DNA from: Antedon mediterranea
Taxonomy: Eukaryota > Animalia > Echinodermata
Direction: 5' to 3'
DNA length: 64,000 nucleotides
NCBI RefSeq assembly: GCF_964355755.1
Contig: NC_092679.1
Span: forward strand, 14,367,432-14,431,431
Below the pieces are notes generated by a model. The model searched no databases. It saw only the letters and a list, made by a program, of their open reading frames with translations, and had not been told where the DNA came from. How positions within the stretch are numbered: the stretch's first letter is position 1; the number at the start of each line of letters is the position of its first letter. A program made the translations under genes and the position numbers. Of this stretch, positions 25,001 through 34,894 are shown in pieces.

Positions 25001-28000
25001 GCCGAGTGGTTAAGGCGATGGACTGCTAATCCATTGTGCTCTGCACGTGTGGGTTCGAATCCTATTCTCCTCGCCATTGTTTATTTTTATGAACTACTCG
25101 TTAGTGAATATGTGACCTATTCGAATAAAAATACATATTGTTCTTATAATAATCCCAGGTACATTTCATATAAATGTTGGAATGGTGCTGTGCGAATGCA
25201 ATAAGTGTATAGACGAGGTGGCCGAGTGGTTAAGGCGATGGACTGCTAATCCATTGTGGTCTGCACGCTTGGGTTCGAATCCCATCCTCGTCGCCATTGT
25301 TTATTTTTATGAACTACTCGTTAGTGAATATGTGACCTATTCGAATAAAAATACATATTGTTCTTATAATAATCCCAGGTACATTTCATATAAATGCTGG
25401 AATGGTGCTGTGCGAATGCAATAAATGTATAGACGAGGTGGTCGAGTGGTTAAGGCGATGGACTGCTAATCCATTGTGCACTGCACGCGTGGGTTCGAAT
25501 CCCATTCTCGTCGCCATTGTTTCTTTTTATGAACTACTCGATAGTGAATATGTGACCTATTCGAATAAAAATACATATTGTTCTTATAATACTCCCAGGT
25601 ACATTTCGTATAAATGTTGGAATGGCACTGTGCGAATGCAATAAATGTATAGACGAGGTGGCCGAGTGGTTAAGGCGATGGACTGCTAATCCATTGTGCA
25701 CTGCACGCGTGGGTTCGAATCCCATCCTCGTCGCCATTGTTTCTTTTTATGAACTACTCGTTAGTGAATATGTGACCTATTCGAATAAAATTACATATTG
25801 TTTTTATAATAATCCCAGGTACATTTCATATAAATGTTGGAATGGTGCTGTGCGAATGCAATAAATGTATAGACGAGGTGGCCGAGTGGTTAAGGCGATG
25901 GACTGCTAATCCTTTGTGCTCCGCACGCGTGGTTTCGAATCCCATCCTCGTCGCCATTGTTTCTTTTTATGAACTACTCGTTAGTGAATATGTGACCTAT
26001 TCGAATAAAAATACATATTGTTCTTTTAATAATCCCAAGTACATTTCATATAAATGTTGGAATGGTGCTGTGCGAATGCAATAAGTGTATAGACGAGGTG
26101 GCCGAGTGGTTAAGGCGATGGACTGCTAATCCATTGTGCTCGCGTGGGTTCGAATCCCATTCTCGTCGCCATTGTTTCTTTTTATGAACTACTCGTTAGT
26201 GAATATGTGACCTATTCGAATAAAAATACATATTGTTCTTATAATATTCCCAGATACATTTCGTATAAATGTTGGAATGGTACTGTGCGAATGCAATAAA
26301 TGTATAAACAAGGTGGCCGAGTGGCTAAGGCGATGGACTGCTAATCCATCCTCGTCGCCATTGTTTCTTTTAATGAACTACTCGTTAGTAAATATGTGAC
26401 CTATTCGAATAAAAATACATATTGTTCTTATAATAATCCCAGGTACATTTCATATAATTGTTGGAATTTTATTGTGCGAATGCAATAAATGTATAGACGA
26501 GGTGGCCGAGTGGTTAAGGCGATGGACTGCTAATCCATTGTGCTCTGCACGCGTGGGTTCGAATCCCATCCTCGTCGCCATTGTTTATTTTTATGAACTA
26601 CTCGTTAGTGAATATGTGACCTATTCGAATAAAAATACATATTGTTCTTATAATAATCCCAGGTACATTTCATATAAATGTTGGAATGGTGCTGTGCGAA
26701 TGCAATAAATGTATAGATGAGGTGGCCGAGTGGTTAAGGCGATGGACTGCTAATCCTTTGTGCGTGGGTTCGAATCCCATCCTCGTCGCCATTGTTTATT
26801 TTTATGAACTACTCGTTAGTGAATATGTGACCTATTCGAATAAAAATACATATTGTTCTTTTAATAATCCCAAGTACATTTCATATAAATGTTGGAATGG
26901 TGCTGTGCGAATGCAATAAGTGTATAGACGAGGTTGCCGAGTGGTTAAGACTATGGACTGCTAATCCATTGTGCTCTGCTCGCGTGGGTTCGAATCCCAT
27001 CCTCGTCGCCATTGTTTATTTTTATGAACTACTCGTTAGTGAATATGTGACCTATTCGAATAAAAATACATTTTGTTCTTATAATAATCCCAGGTACATT
27101 TCATATAAATGTTGGAATGGTGCTAGCTGTGCGAATGCAATAAGTGTATAGACGAGGTGGCCGAGTGGTTAAGGCGATGGGCTGCTAATCCATTGTGCTC
27201 TGCTCGCGTGGGTTCGAATCCCATCCTCGTCGCCATTGTTTCTTTTTATGAACTACTCGTTAATGAATATGTGACCTATTCGAATAAGAATACACATTGT
27301 TCTTATAATAATCCCAGGTACATTTCGTATAAATGTTGGAATGGTGCTGTGCGAACGCAATAAATGTATAGACGAGGTGGATGAGGACCGCTAATCCATT
27401 GTGCTCTGCACACGTGGGTTCGAATCCCATCCTCGTCGCCATTTTGTTTTTTTATGAACTACTCGTTTGTGAGTTAGTTTATAAAATGTATGACGTTGGC
27501 TACAAAAGCATAATCGGTTTGTTCTTGTTTTAGGGACCGGGTTAGGGACACTTCGGGGCTGGCATTTAGGGGACGACCAACATTACCCATGATACGCATA
27601 GCAGCAGCCTGTATTTATACATGGTCATTATTATAAAATATTAATTGAGATAAAATCCAACGATTTATATTTCCCTTGCTTGTTATCGTATATATAGTCT
27701 GGTAAACCTATTTTAGGAATATGTTATTACTGTGCAGTGAAGCGTGAAAGATAATAATCACAAAATACTTATTATTCGCCCGTATGTAAACACAGTAGTA
27801 TGTTTAAATTGCCAGAAGCTGTTGTTTATTATGAACGTTTTATTTTCTATTGTTATCTTACCCAGTATTGTGGATTTACTATTTGCGACTGGCTGTCGTG
27901 AAAGACGAGGTGGCCGAGTGGTTAAGGCGATGGACTGCTAATCCATTGTGCTCTGCACGCGTGGGTTCGAATCCCATCCTCGTCGCCATTTTTTTTTTTT

Positions 28001-31000
28001 TAGTTTTTCCTGAAATTTATTTATGTTTTTTGCACCCATATTTTTCGTTACCTGTCTTTGCTTATTTTTCCATTTTTTCACTGAACAAAATTACTATATT
28101 TTGCTTTTTCCAGCCTTGGTACGGTACATAATTATGTCACATTTTGATTTAGTTCTTAAAAAAAATAAAAATTATATATTATTATATTTACTTGTCGATT
28201 TGAGGTTAATCGCAACATATTGTGATATAATGATTCAATATTATTATATTATATATTATTATAACATTATTATAAATGTGTGCCACAATTTTAAAAGATA
28301 ATATATACTATATATAATACTATAAACCGTAGGTCCAGTGTACACAACTAGCTCGTGTGCACTTTAAAGAACCTAGTACATCTTTCGAGACGAGTAGGGG
28401 GTTACCCCAGTGTATTGGTACATCACAGCCACTGATCACCAACTGGGCCCTCTGGGAGACCAGTCTTTGACTGAAGAGGTTACCCAGTATAATTATATAT
28501 TTCAATCAATCAATCAATCATGTAGGATTAAAGAATACGACCCGATTCTGCATCTAGATAGAGTCTAACTGACTATCGCAAGTCATATAGAAACGAGTCT
28601 AGCTCTAATACACGATATATTTGCCAATAGATTCATGAGACAAGGTATAACGTTATATGTGTATTTAATTGTTTAGAGATACCTTATGCACCGGAAACCA
28701 TAATATCAATGTTCTTATAATCGTATTTTTATTATTGGTATTTGATTCATTGAATAACATTTTATAGGTTACAGTGCTTTGCGTATTGCCAAACGACTTC
28801 ATGAAATTGATCTGGAATTAGCCGTGCTGCCAACGTTAGCTCAAGCATTGTTACAAGCAAACAGGTAGGTACAATAATAAAGTAAACTTTTGGATATAAG
28901 ACTGTTATGGTATGGTGTTGATTTTACAGCAACACTAGAGACTCAAGTCAACTAGCGTTTTAGGCCACAACATGTCTCTTGATGTTGTTGATGCCTAGTT
29001 CTTATAAAAGCTGGTACAATTATTAGCGTTTCAACTAGCGCGTCAAAAGTCTCTTTGTGCAGATGTCATTGCTTAATTCTTATATTACAAAAGATGCACC
29101 ATTACTTAGCGTTTCAATGAATGCGTCAAGTGGGCCTAGTCCTACCTCTTAATAGTGTCGACGCTTAATTATTACAAAAGATATACCATTAATAAGCGTT
29201 GAAACGAGCACGCCACGCGTCCCTTCCTGGTGTTGACGCTTAATTCTTACAAAATATATACCATTAATTGGCGTTTCAACGAACGCGTCAAGTAGGCCTA
29301 TCTATTGGTGGTGTCGATGCTTAGTTCTTACAAAAGATGTACCATTAATTAGCGTTTCAACAAGGGTTTCATAGTGTCGACGCTTAATCCATACAAAAGA
29401 ATTTCACCTGGAGTTATAATGTTTTGTTTTTGTAGATTAACCTCCTGCGTTGAGAACCTAGAAGCGTTACAATATGCAGCTGAAGAGGAGGAAAACTGCG
29501 TTTCAGTCGGCTGGTACTTTTGTGGATGTATGGATCTTCTTCTTGAAGCCGGTAAACGTATATCATTATCACTTGGATACATTATCATTGCGTTATTGGT
29601 TCATATTAACAATAGCTAGGAAGTATTATTGATTCCCCCGATAAAGTCTTTCGGAATGTCATTTCACTCCAAGTTGCTACCTTTGTTTGGATACTGTACA
29701 GGTCTACGAAAGCAGAGTTACCTATTGTATTTGGTGTTTTTTATGAGCCCTTAAACATAAGGCAGACGGCGATAGTCTGTCTTGTCAATGCTTAGTTTGA
29801 TACCAATAATTTAGATTTAGCGCGCACGTACCTCTCCATTAAAGGCACTTTTTTTTGGCTAGTGCCTCAATTGCGAATTTAAAATGAGAAACGTTATAGA
29901 TCTCTGCACGCTTTGGCGAAGAGACATGATTTATGTTTGAGAGCTTTTTATCCATATAGGGTTCACCCTTGAAGACCATAACACATGTATTGATTATTGC
30001 ATACGTGTTATGAATGAACAAGCTTTCTCGGTGGACACCACCCCGAGGTTGTACCTCCAGTCATGTCTAGCGTTATGGTAAGTAGGCCTCCTACATAGTT
30101 TTGGTACCTATTTCGAATCGGGAACGTGGTAGACAGGTAATTCAAATTTGTTTAAATACGAAATGTTGATTTAATATTTAATATCGGATATGTATGTATT
30201 TTGGTCTTACTATACGTTTAGTCTGACAATAAATAACACTTTTGGTAGGTCTAATAATATTAGGTATAAGTCTTAGGCAAAAATCATGAATAACTCATGA
30301 GATTAAGGCATAAATTAGGACATTATAGGGTCTGTAATAAGCTAATGGATATAGGTTATCTGCAATTGGCGCAATTTATATAGACTTCAGATTGTGGACT
30401 TAAAGCTCGGGATTCGAACGGCATCGACATCTTCGATGTAGGCTAATTTGTTTATTAGTTGAGAGAGATTATTTAGAGCGGTAGGTTAAGCAGGGAAGAG
30501 TGAAATGTAATTTCACTCTTCCCTGGTTTAAGATATATTTAAGAAGTAGGTCGGCTATCTGTAACATATACAATAATTAATCTTATGAATTATTCATGAT
30601 TTCTGCCTAAGACGTCGAGTACCGGTAAAAAATTGCAGCCCAGAGAAGGGAAAATATCAATTGGCCAGGAAAGAATGAATCCTGGTATATTTTTCCTCTG
30701 TAAATTGTTGTTTTTAGGTATTCCAGAAAGGGCGAGTGGATCAAGTCCATCAGATGGATGGAGCTGTCTGATGAACTAGCGGCACGCCATGAACGAACGA
30801 CGTTGGTTACTGTACAATCAGCGTTCAAGATGTTAGAATGCAGGCTTCTGCATGTGTACAGAGCGCTGAAGGATGGCGATTCAGGTCGGGACGAGAAGGT
30901 ACAGGTTGACAAGGTAATTCCAGTTGTAGGTTTGTTATTTACCTGGGTAAGTTGGTATCATGGGCATTGTTGGGCTAACTTTGGTAGGTTGGAGCCAACT

Positions 31001-31938
31001 TACACGGGTAAGTTGGTTTCATGGCCATAGTTTGTCTAACTTTGGTAGGTTGGAGCCAACTTACACGGTTAAGTTGGTTTCATGGGCATAGTTTGTCTAA
31101 CTTTGGTAGGTTGGAGCCAACTTACACGGTTAAGTTGGTTTCATGGGCATAGTTGGGCTAACTTTGGTAGGTTGGAGCCAACTTACCCGGGTGAACAACA
31201 AAGCCATGGTGACATATCTAGTGGAGCAATGTTAAATTCATCAATTTTACACTTCATACTCTTACAAAGAATAGTAAATATTTAGGGTTAGAATGTTGGT
31301 GACGTCGACAATGATGGTTATGAAGATATTATTAACGTTACGAAATTGTGAAATGTATTTCCTATTAACATAGGAAGTTGGCCCCCTCAATGGCTTATGA
31401 TTCTATACCAAAGATCTTTGTTCTGTACCAAATACATCGTAGACGATGTTCGCCATTTCCCTTTATTATTTTTTTTTTGACGTGTATATATTTTTTCAAT
31501 GGCAGCTCAAAAAGTTAGCACGTAAATGCGAATATCAATATAATTTTTTGTATACATTTGTTTATATATAAAACACAGCTTAAATGTATTTATTTGTCTG
31601 TATTATTTTCAAAGATGTTTTCCACACTGCAGTCACGAGTCAATTTCTTTCCCGTTTTGAAACCACGACTGATGCACCTACGAGCTTACCGCCTTATGTT
31701 AGACAAAAAACAAAGTAATGCTCGTAAAGTGTTAAATAAATGTATAGAAGGAAGTCGACAGAAAGGGCTATCAGTTGAGGAACACTGGGCAGAGCACACC
31801 TCTACGTACTGGTTTGATCCTAAGTGCTCAAAGGATCTTAGCACACATTGGTTACAGTCCGTAGAAAAGGATCTGGATTGGCATGCGGCTAGAAACCTTG
31901 ATGCCACTATGGTTAAGTATTCTTTACCTTTACCATAA
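1009..31938 (+). CDS. ADCY10: Adenylate cyclase type 10-like (soluble adenylyl cyclase), C-terminal TPR-like region; 5' part lies upstream of the window
   Basis: Ten GT-AG exons join in frame with consistent phases: 1009-1146, 2068-2243, 2730-2880, 4901-4992, 5706-5824, 28768-28864, 29436-29551, 29960-30077, 30718-30913, 31615-31938 (TAA). Peptides ALSYLNEAQELIK, QARCLSYLWQIY, GWYFCGCMDLLLEAG, LALWYSRKGEW and FPVLKPRLMHLRAY align by eye and in order with the recalled vertebrate ADCY10 C-terminus. The catalytic domains are not in the window. Confidence 0.85.
1626..1805. mobile_element. PIF/Harbinger-like MITE
   Basis: TIRs AGCTTTGTTCCCACTAG...CTAGTGGGAACC, TTA on both sides; near-identical copy at 33584-33764. 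Confidence 0.8.
1809..2012. mobile_element. PIF/Harbinger-like MITE, related second copy abutting the first
   Basis: Same TIRs; shares TTA (1806-1808) with the preceding element and ends before TTA at 2013-2015. Confidence 0.75.
2353..2650. mobile_element. Degenerate Harbinger-like MITE
   Basis: TTA-TGACCATTCACAC...GTCTAAATGGGCC-TTA imperfect TIRs with a GC-rich interior. Confidence 0.45.
2911..3040. mobile_element. Short MITE, related copy at ~59210-59355
   Basis: AGCTCT..TATCAAAC...GTTTGACAGTGT inverted ends; core GTCCATATATGGGCACATCACAATTT also found at ~59288. Confidence 0.55.
3390..3471 (+). tRNA. tRNA-Ser(GCT), divergent isodecoder (U32, U38, altered D-loop)
   Basis: 82 nt with long variable arm; A-box TGGCCGAGTGG, B-box GGTTCGAATCC, loop TTGCTAT, followed by a T5 run. 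Confidence 0.8.
3888..3940 (-). mobile_element. HINE/DINE-1-like element end
   Basis: Reverse complement of TTAGTCGCGTnnACGCGACTCTAYAG..CACTATGTCGG seen at 41137-41176. Confidence 0.55.
4237..4318 (+). tRNA. tRNA-Ser(GCT), divergent isodecoder (U32, U38)
   Basis: Same structure as the 3390 copy, intact stems and A/B boxes, T8 terminator just downstream. Confidence 0.8.
5325..5497. mobile_element. P-element-superfamily-like MITE (copy 1 of 4)
   Basis: TIR CAAGGCAATCTAACAACAG / CTGTTGTTAGATTGCCTTG with 7-bp TSD CATCTAC. Confidence 0.75.
5874..6260. mobile_element. Foldback-type palindromic element built of GCCAAAATACGCAAAT repeats
   Basis: Ends GGTTGGTGAG / CTCACCAACC; left arm has tandem GCCAAAATACGCAAATT, right arm has the inverted ATTTGCGTATTTTGGC. 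No clear TSD. Confidence 0.75.
6387..6447 (+). pseudogene. Degenerate tRNA-Ser copy at the left edge of the array
   Basis: GACGAAGTGGCTGAGTTGATGGACTACTCTG...GTTTCGAATACCATCCTCGTCG-CCA with internal deletions. Confidence 0.8.
6549..19093 (+). tRNA. Left block of tandem tRNA-Ser(GCT) genes and pseudogenes, ~58 copies (first 6549-6630, last 19012-19093)
   Basis: Consensus GACGAGGTGGCCGAGTGGTTAAGGCGATGGACTGCTAATCCATTGTGCTCTGCACGCGTGGGTTCGAATCCCATCCTCGTCG is the canonical metazoan Ser(GCT) sequence; followed by CCA and a T5 run ~10 nt downstream. Confidence 0.97.
19209..20770 (-). mobile_element. 5'-truncated DNA-transposon fragment, probably AcademX-like (XPG/PIN-like nuclease region)
   Basis: Non-array sequence replaces ~12 bp of one spacer. 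ORF 20121-20651 has QEEADTKVILHAKHA, SGDFD and GFHAFTG..NSAFFRKGK motifs. A frameshifted continuation reads LLPLCQQTLEFHILRAHF..W. A ~150-bp internal duplication lies at ~19390-19665. Confidence 0.65.
20121..20651 (-). pseudogene. Transposon-derived XPG-like (EEADT / HAFTG..GKGK) protein fragment
   Basis: Motifs in the ORF-track translation; the typical GCD is altered to GNK, the 5' end is truncated and the 3' end frameshifted. Confidence 0.65.
20808..27438 (+). tRNA. Right block of tandem tRNA-Ser(GCT) genes and pseudogenes, ~31 copies, decaying towards the right end
   Basis: Same unit; deletions accumulate in the copies at 26092, 26307, 26716 and 27371. Confidence 0.95.
27904..27985 (+). 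tRNA. tRNA-Ser(GCT), solitary consensus copy with unique flanks
   Basis: Exact consensus sequence, followed by CCA and a ~14-T terminator. Confidence 0.95.
28319..28520 (+). mobile_element. 5'-truncated Deu/Nin-domain-like SINE
   Basis: Nearly identical to 58935-59105; (CAAT)n tail. Confidence 0.75.
28945..29400. repeat. Degenerate intronic minisatellite (~70-80 bp; TAGCGTTTCAAC...GACGCTTAATTCTTACAAAAGAT)
   Basis: Motifs recur 6-7 times between two ADCY10 exons. Confidence 0.8.
30940..31190. repeat. 61-bp minisatellite, ~4 copies
   Basis: TAAGTTGGTTTCATGGGCATAGTTTGTCTAACTTTGGTAGGTTGGAGCCAACTTACACGG repeated. Confidence 0.9.
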
Positions 31939-33248
31939 GAAAAGTTTTGCACCGTAACGCAAAGACGTGCACGTGACGATGTATCATCCAACCTGTTGCC
32001 TGTGTTGGTCTATTTAGAGGTTATTGCGTCGAAGTAGGAACCAAGAATGACGTCATTACGTTGCGTCGTAGTTGTAACCAAGCACGGTCTAATCTCAGTT
32101 GTATTGATCGTATCAATATGTCGATCATACAAATATTTGGATTCTAATGGCAAATGTAAATATGCGTACAAATTGCTGTGTTGTTTGTTAGTGCAATAAT
32201 TATTATAATGTATAATAAATAATTTAAGTATGGTTGTAATTGAAAAAAAAAATGTATTACGGGTATTTTTATTCAAACGGTAAGATAGTTTATATTTAAT
32301 TATTGCCAGCTGCGCCCCATCGCGAATCTCAATATTTTGTCGCCAGTTTCTGTCTTGTTATAATAATTAATGTAAACTTGTTGGTGGTTTTTTAGGAAGC
32401 GAAACTTGCAGAACATGATTAAATCGAATTAGATAAATACCACACAGTTTTAATTAGTACATGTTCTCGACGGCGATTCGTAAAAATAAAGCCATTTTGG
32501 CACATACGGCGTGTCATACCTATACTTAACGCCCATAGTTACGTAAAACAAAAACAATAAGTAGAAACTTAATTTAAGTTTTAATGATTATTTATCATTC
32601 ATCTCCAATGCGTCACAGAAGTTCGAATTGTTTTATTTTCCTGTATTTGAGTTTGATTTCGAAATAAATGTTTTAAACATGAAAGTGTTTATCTTACTGT
32701 ATTTTATTTATTCATCCTCAAACAAAAATTAGTATAAAATTAGTTAGAATGGTTTCAGGTGTTTTTTTTCTAATTTGCATTTCAATCTTGCACAGTTGTC
32801 ACTAGTCTTTTGTTTTCTCCGTTCGACACTAGTCAGTTGTCGCTGGTAGTAGTATTTGAACACCATGATAGCATTCCATAATTGATTTTAGCTAATAGTG
32901 CGTCATTTTCTACCAGCTCCATGTTTTCTTTTATTTTAATTGATTTGATTTTACCGTTATTGGATTTATAAAGATCAGCTACAGTACTACCGAATATCAA
33001 GGTAACATTAACGTTTATATAAGGATATAGCTGTTATAGTAACACATCATTTAATATGATTAATTATGTATTATGCCATCTTACATAACCTGTTCTTCTT
33101 CACAAACAAAACCATTCGAATATCACGGCAAAACGGCACAATCCAAACAGAAAACGACTGATGATTCTTTTAAGGAAAAATACAGGATTTAATAGGCTGC
33201 GTTCATAACTACGGCTTGCAATCCCTTATACATGGATGACATACCTAA

Positions 33249-33580
33249 TGCCCCTTTCCCACATTCATTATTTTGGCTACGAATGAAAACGAATTGGAAC
33301 ATTTTTAAATTCGTAATAACATCGTACACATGATGTTCGTGGTCCATTGTAATGCGTCGTATAGTGGATCGTATCATTATTATATCATTTTTTGGTACTT
33401 GTTCGTAACAGTGAAATCATTCGTAGTCCGTCGCAGCGGAATCGTATCACACTAAACACTATTTTACATTAATACTCATTCGTCAACGTAGTTTTCTGTA
33501 CGAATGACTACGATTATTGTACATTTCAAATTCGTGTTCATTCGTAACAAAAATTCGTAAGTAAATGTGAGAAAGAGGCA
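33249..33580. mobile_element. PIF/Harbinger-like MITE
   Basis: TAA-TGCCCCTTTCCCACATT...AATGTGAGAAAGAGGCA-TAA. Confidence 0.65.
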
Positions 33581-33583
33581 TAA

Positions 33584-33764
33584 AGCTTGGTTCCCACTTG
33601 AACGTAACGCAAGGACGTAAACGCAACGCAAGCGTTTTAACCAATGACAAGCGAAGTTTTATAGACAGTTAGCAATCACAAGCGAATAAGCCATCGCTTG
33701 TGATTGGTCAATTCACTTGCGTTGCGTTACGTCCTTGCGTTGCGTCGCTAGTGGGAACCAGGCT
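33584..33764. mobile_element. PIF/Harbinger-like MITE (same family as 1626-1805)
   Basis: TAA-AGCTTGGTTCCCAC...GTGGGAACCAGGCT-TAA. Confidence 0.85.
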
Positions 33765-34034
33765 TAAGTGTTGACATAATTAATATTAATGTCTGGCAGT
33801 AAATATAGAAGTGCGATAATATGTATTAATTTTTCTTTTACGTAAAAGCAGCCCATGTCTCTTATTTATTATGCGTTTGCATTAGCGAAGTGTAGTCAGG
33901 TCAATTATTACGTCATACTTCATTTATATTCAATACGGTAGTTGAATATGAATAATTCATATTTTCTGCATTCCTACGAAAATTATATTTAGCCTCTAGG
34001 ACGTTTCTTAAAAGAAAATATAGGCCTACTGCCC

Positions 34035-34436
34035 TACTTTGAGAAAAGGGCTTAACTCACTTTTTTTCGAAATTGAGATTTTTGTCTTATTTGACTCTTG
34101 GGGGTATTATATACCCTATCAATCTCAAAATATGTCTATAAATATGAAATTTACAATTTTATTATTGTGGCTTATCTACAAACAGCTATAGAAATAATTT
34201 GACAAAAGGCCTCAACTACAGTAATTGACCAATCAGATAACAGTATGATGAATATATAATGAAGCAGATTAATGCTCTTAGGAGAAAAACCTTTTTCATA
34301 TATTTTGTAATTTTTTTATAAAATTACCTAATCTAAATTAGGTCTACAGTTTTAATTTATTGTAACTAAAGTTACAAAATGTTTTTTCATCAAAAATCAA
34401 ACAAAAAAACTGCAAAAGTGCCCTGTTTTCGAAGTA
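34035..34436. mobile_element. Possible MITE with imperfect TIRs
   Basis: TACTTTGAGAAAAGGGC ... GCCCTGTTTTCGAAGTA. Confidence 0.35.
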
Positions 34437-34894
34437 TTTCCCGACATTCCCCGCTTTGTCTGCTGTGTGTTAACAACAACAGTGTGAAAACTCATAAGGT
34501 AGATTTTGCTAAGCACACTTGACGTCACATCGATTTACGGCGACGGCTGTATACGGCGAGCGCGCGCGGCGTAGTCGTAAATCTTGTAATTGTTCTGAAA
34601 TCATAATGTACATCCCTAATTCGTTGGCAAAATGTAGTAAAGTTGTTCTTTAAAGCTGCCACTAAAGTTAATTCAAAGAGGTTATAATTAATTGTTTACA
34701 TACTCGAGCGGAATTTCGATTCAAAGATAAGAAATAATAATGGTTCACTATGATGATATTATAAATTTAAGTGATATTTACTTGTAATTTTCCGACTATC
34801 TCAAAAACCTTCGACCGTTACTATCAACTCATTCCCTTCCTCTTTACCTCTAAGCATGGAGTTAGGCTATTTATATAGGCTATTTCTCCATGCT

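Larger units (their letters stand above)
6330..27470 (+). repeat. ~220-bp tandem array (82-nt tRNA-Ser + ~138-nt spacer), about 90 units including the degenerate edge copy
   Basis: Unit starts recur at 6549, 6769, 6989 ... 19012, then 20808 ... 27371. Spacers are homologous to one another. Confidence 0.98.

Noticed and set aside
6549-27438. CRISPR-like repeat/spacer array
   Set aside because: The repeat is a full tRNA gene, the spacers are homologous to each other rather than unique, no cas genes are present, and the context is a eukaryotic intron.
6555-27442. Dozens of 60-124 aa ORFs (MAEWLRRWTANP..., MATRMGFEPTRAE...)
   Set aside because: They are translations of the tRNA/spacer unit on both strands; indels shift frames freely and there is no sign of coding constraint.
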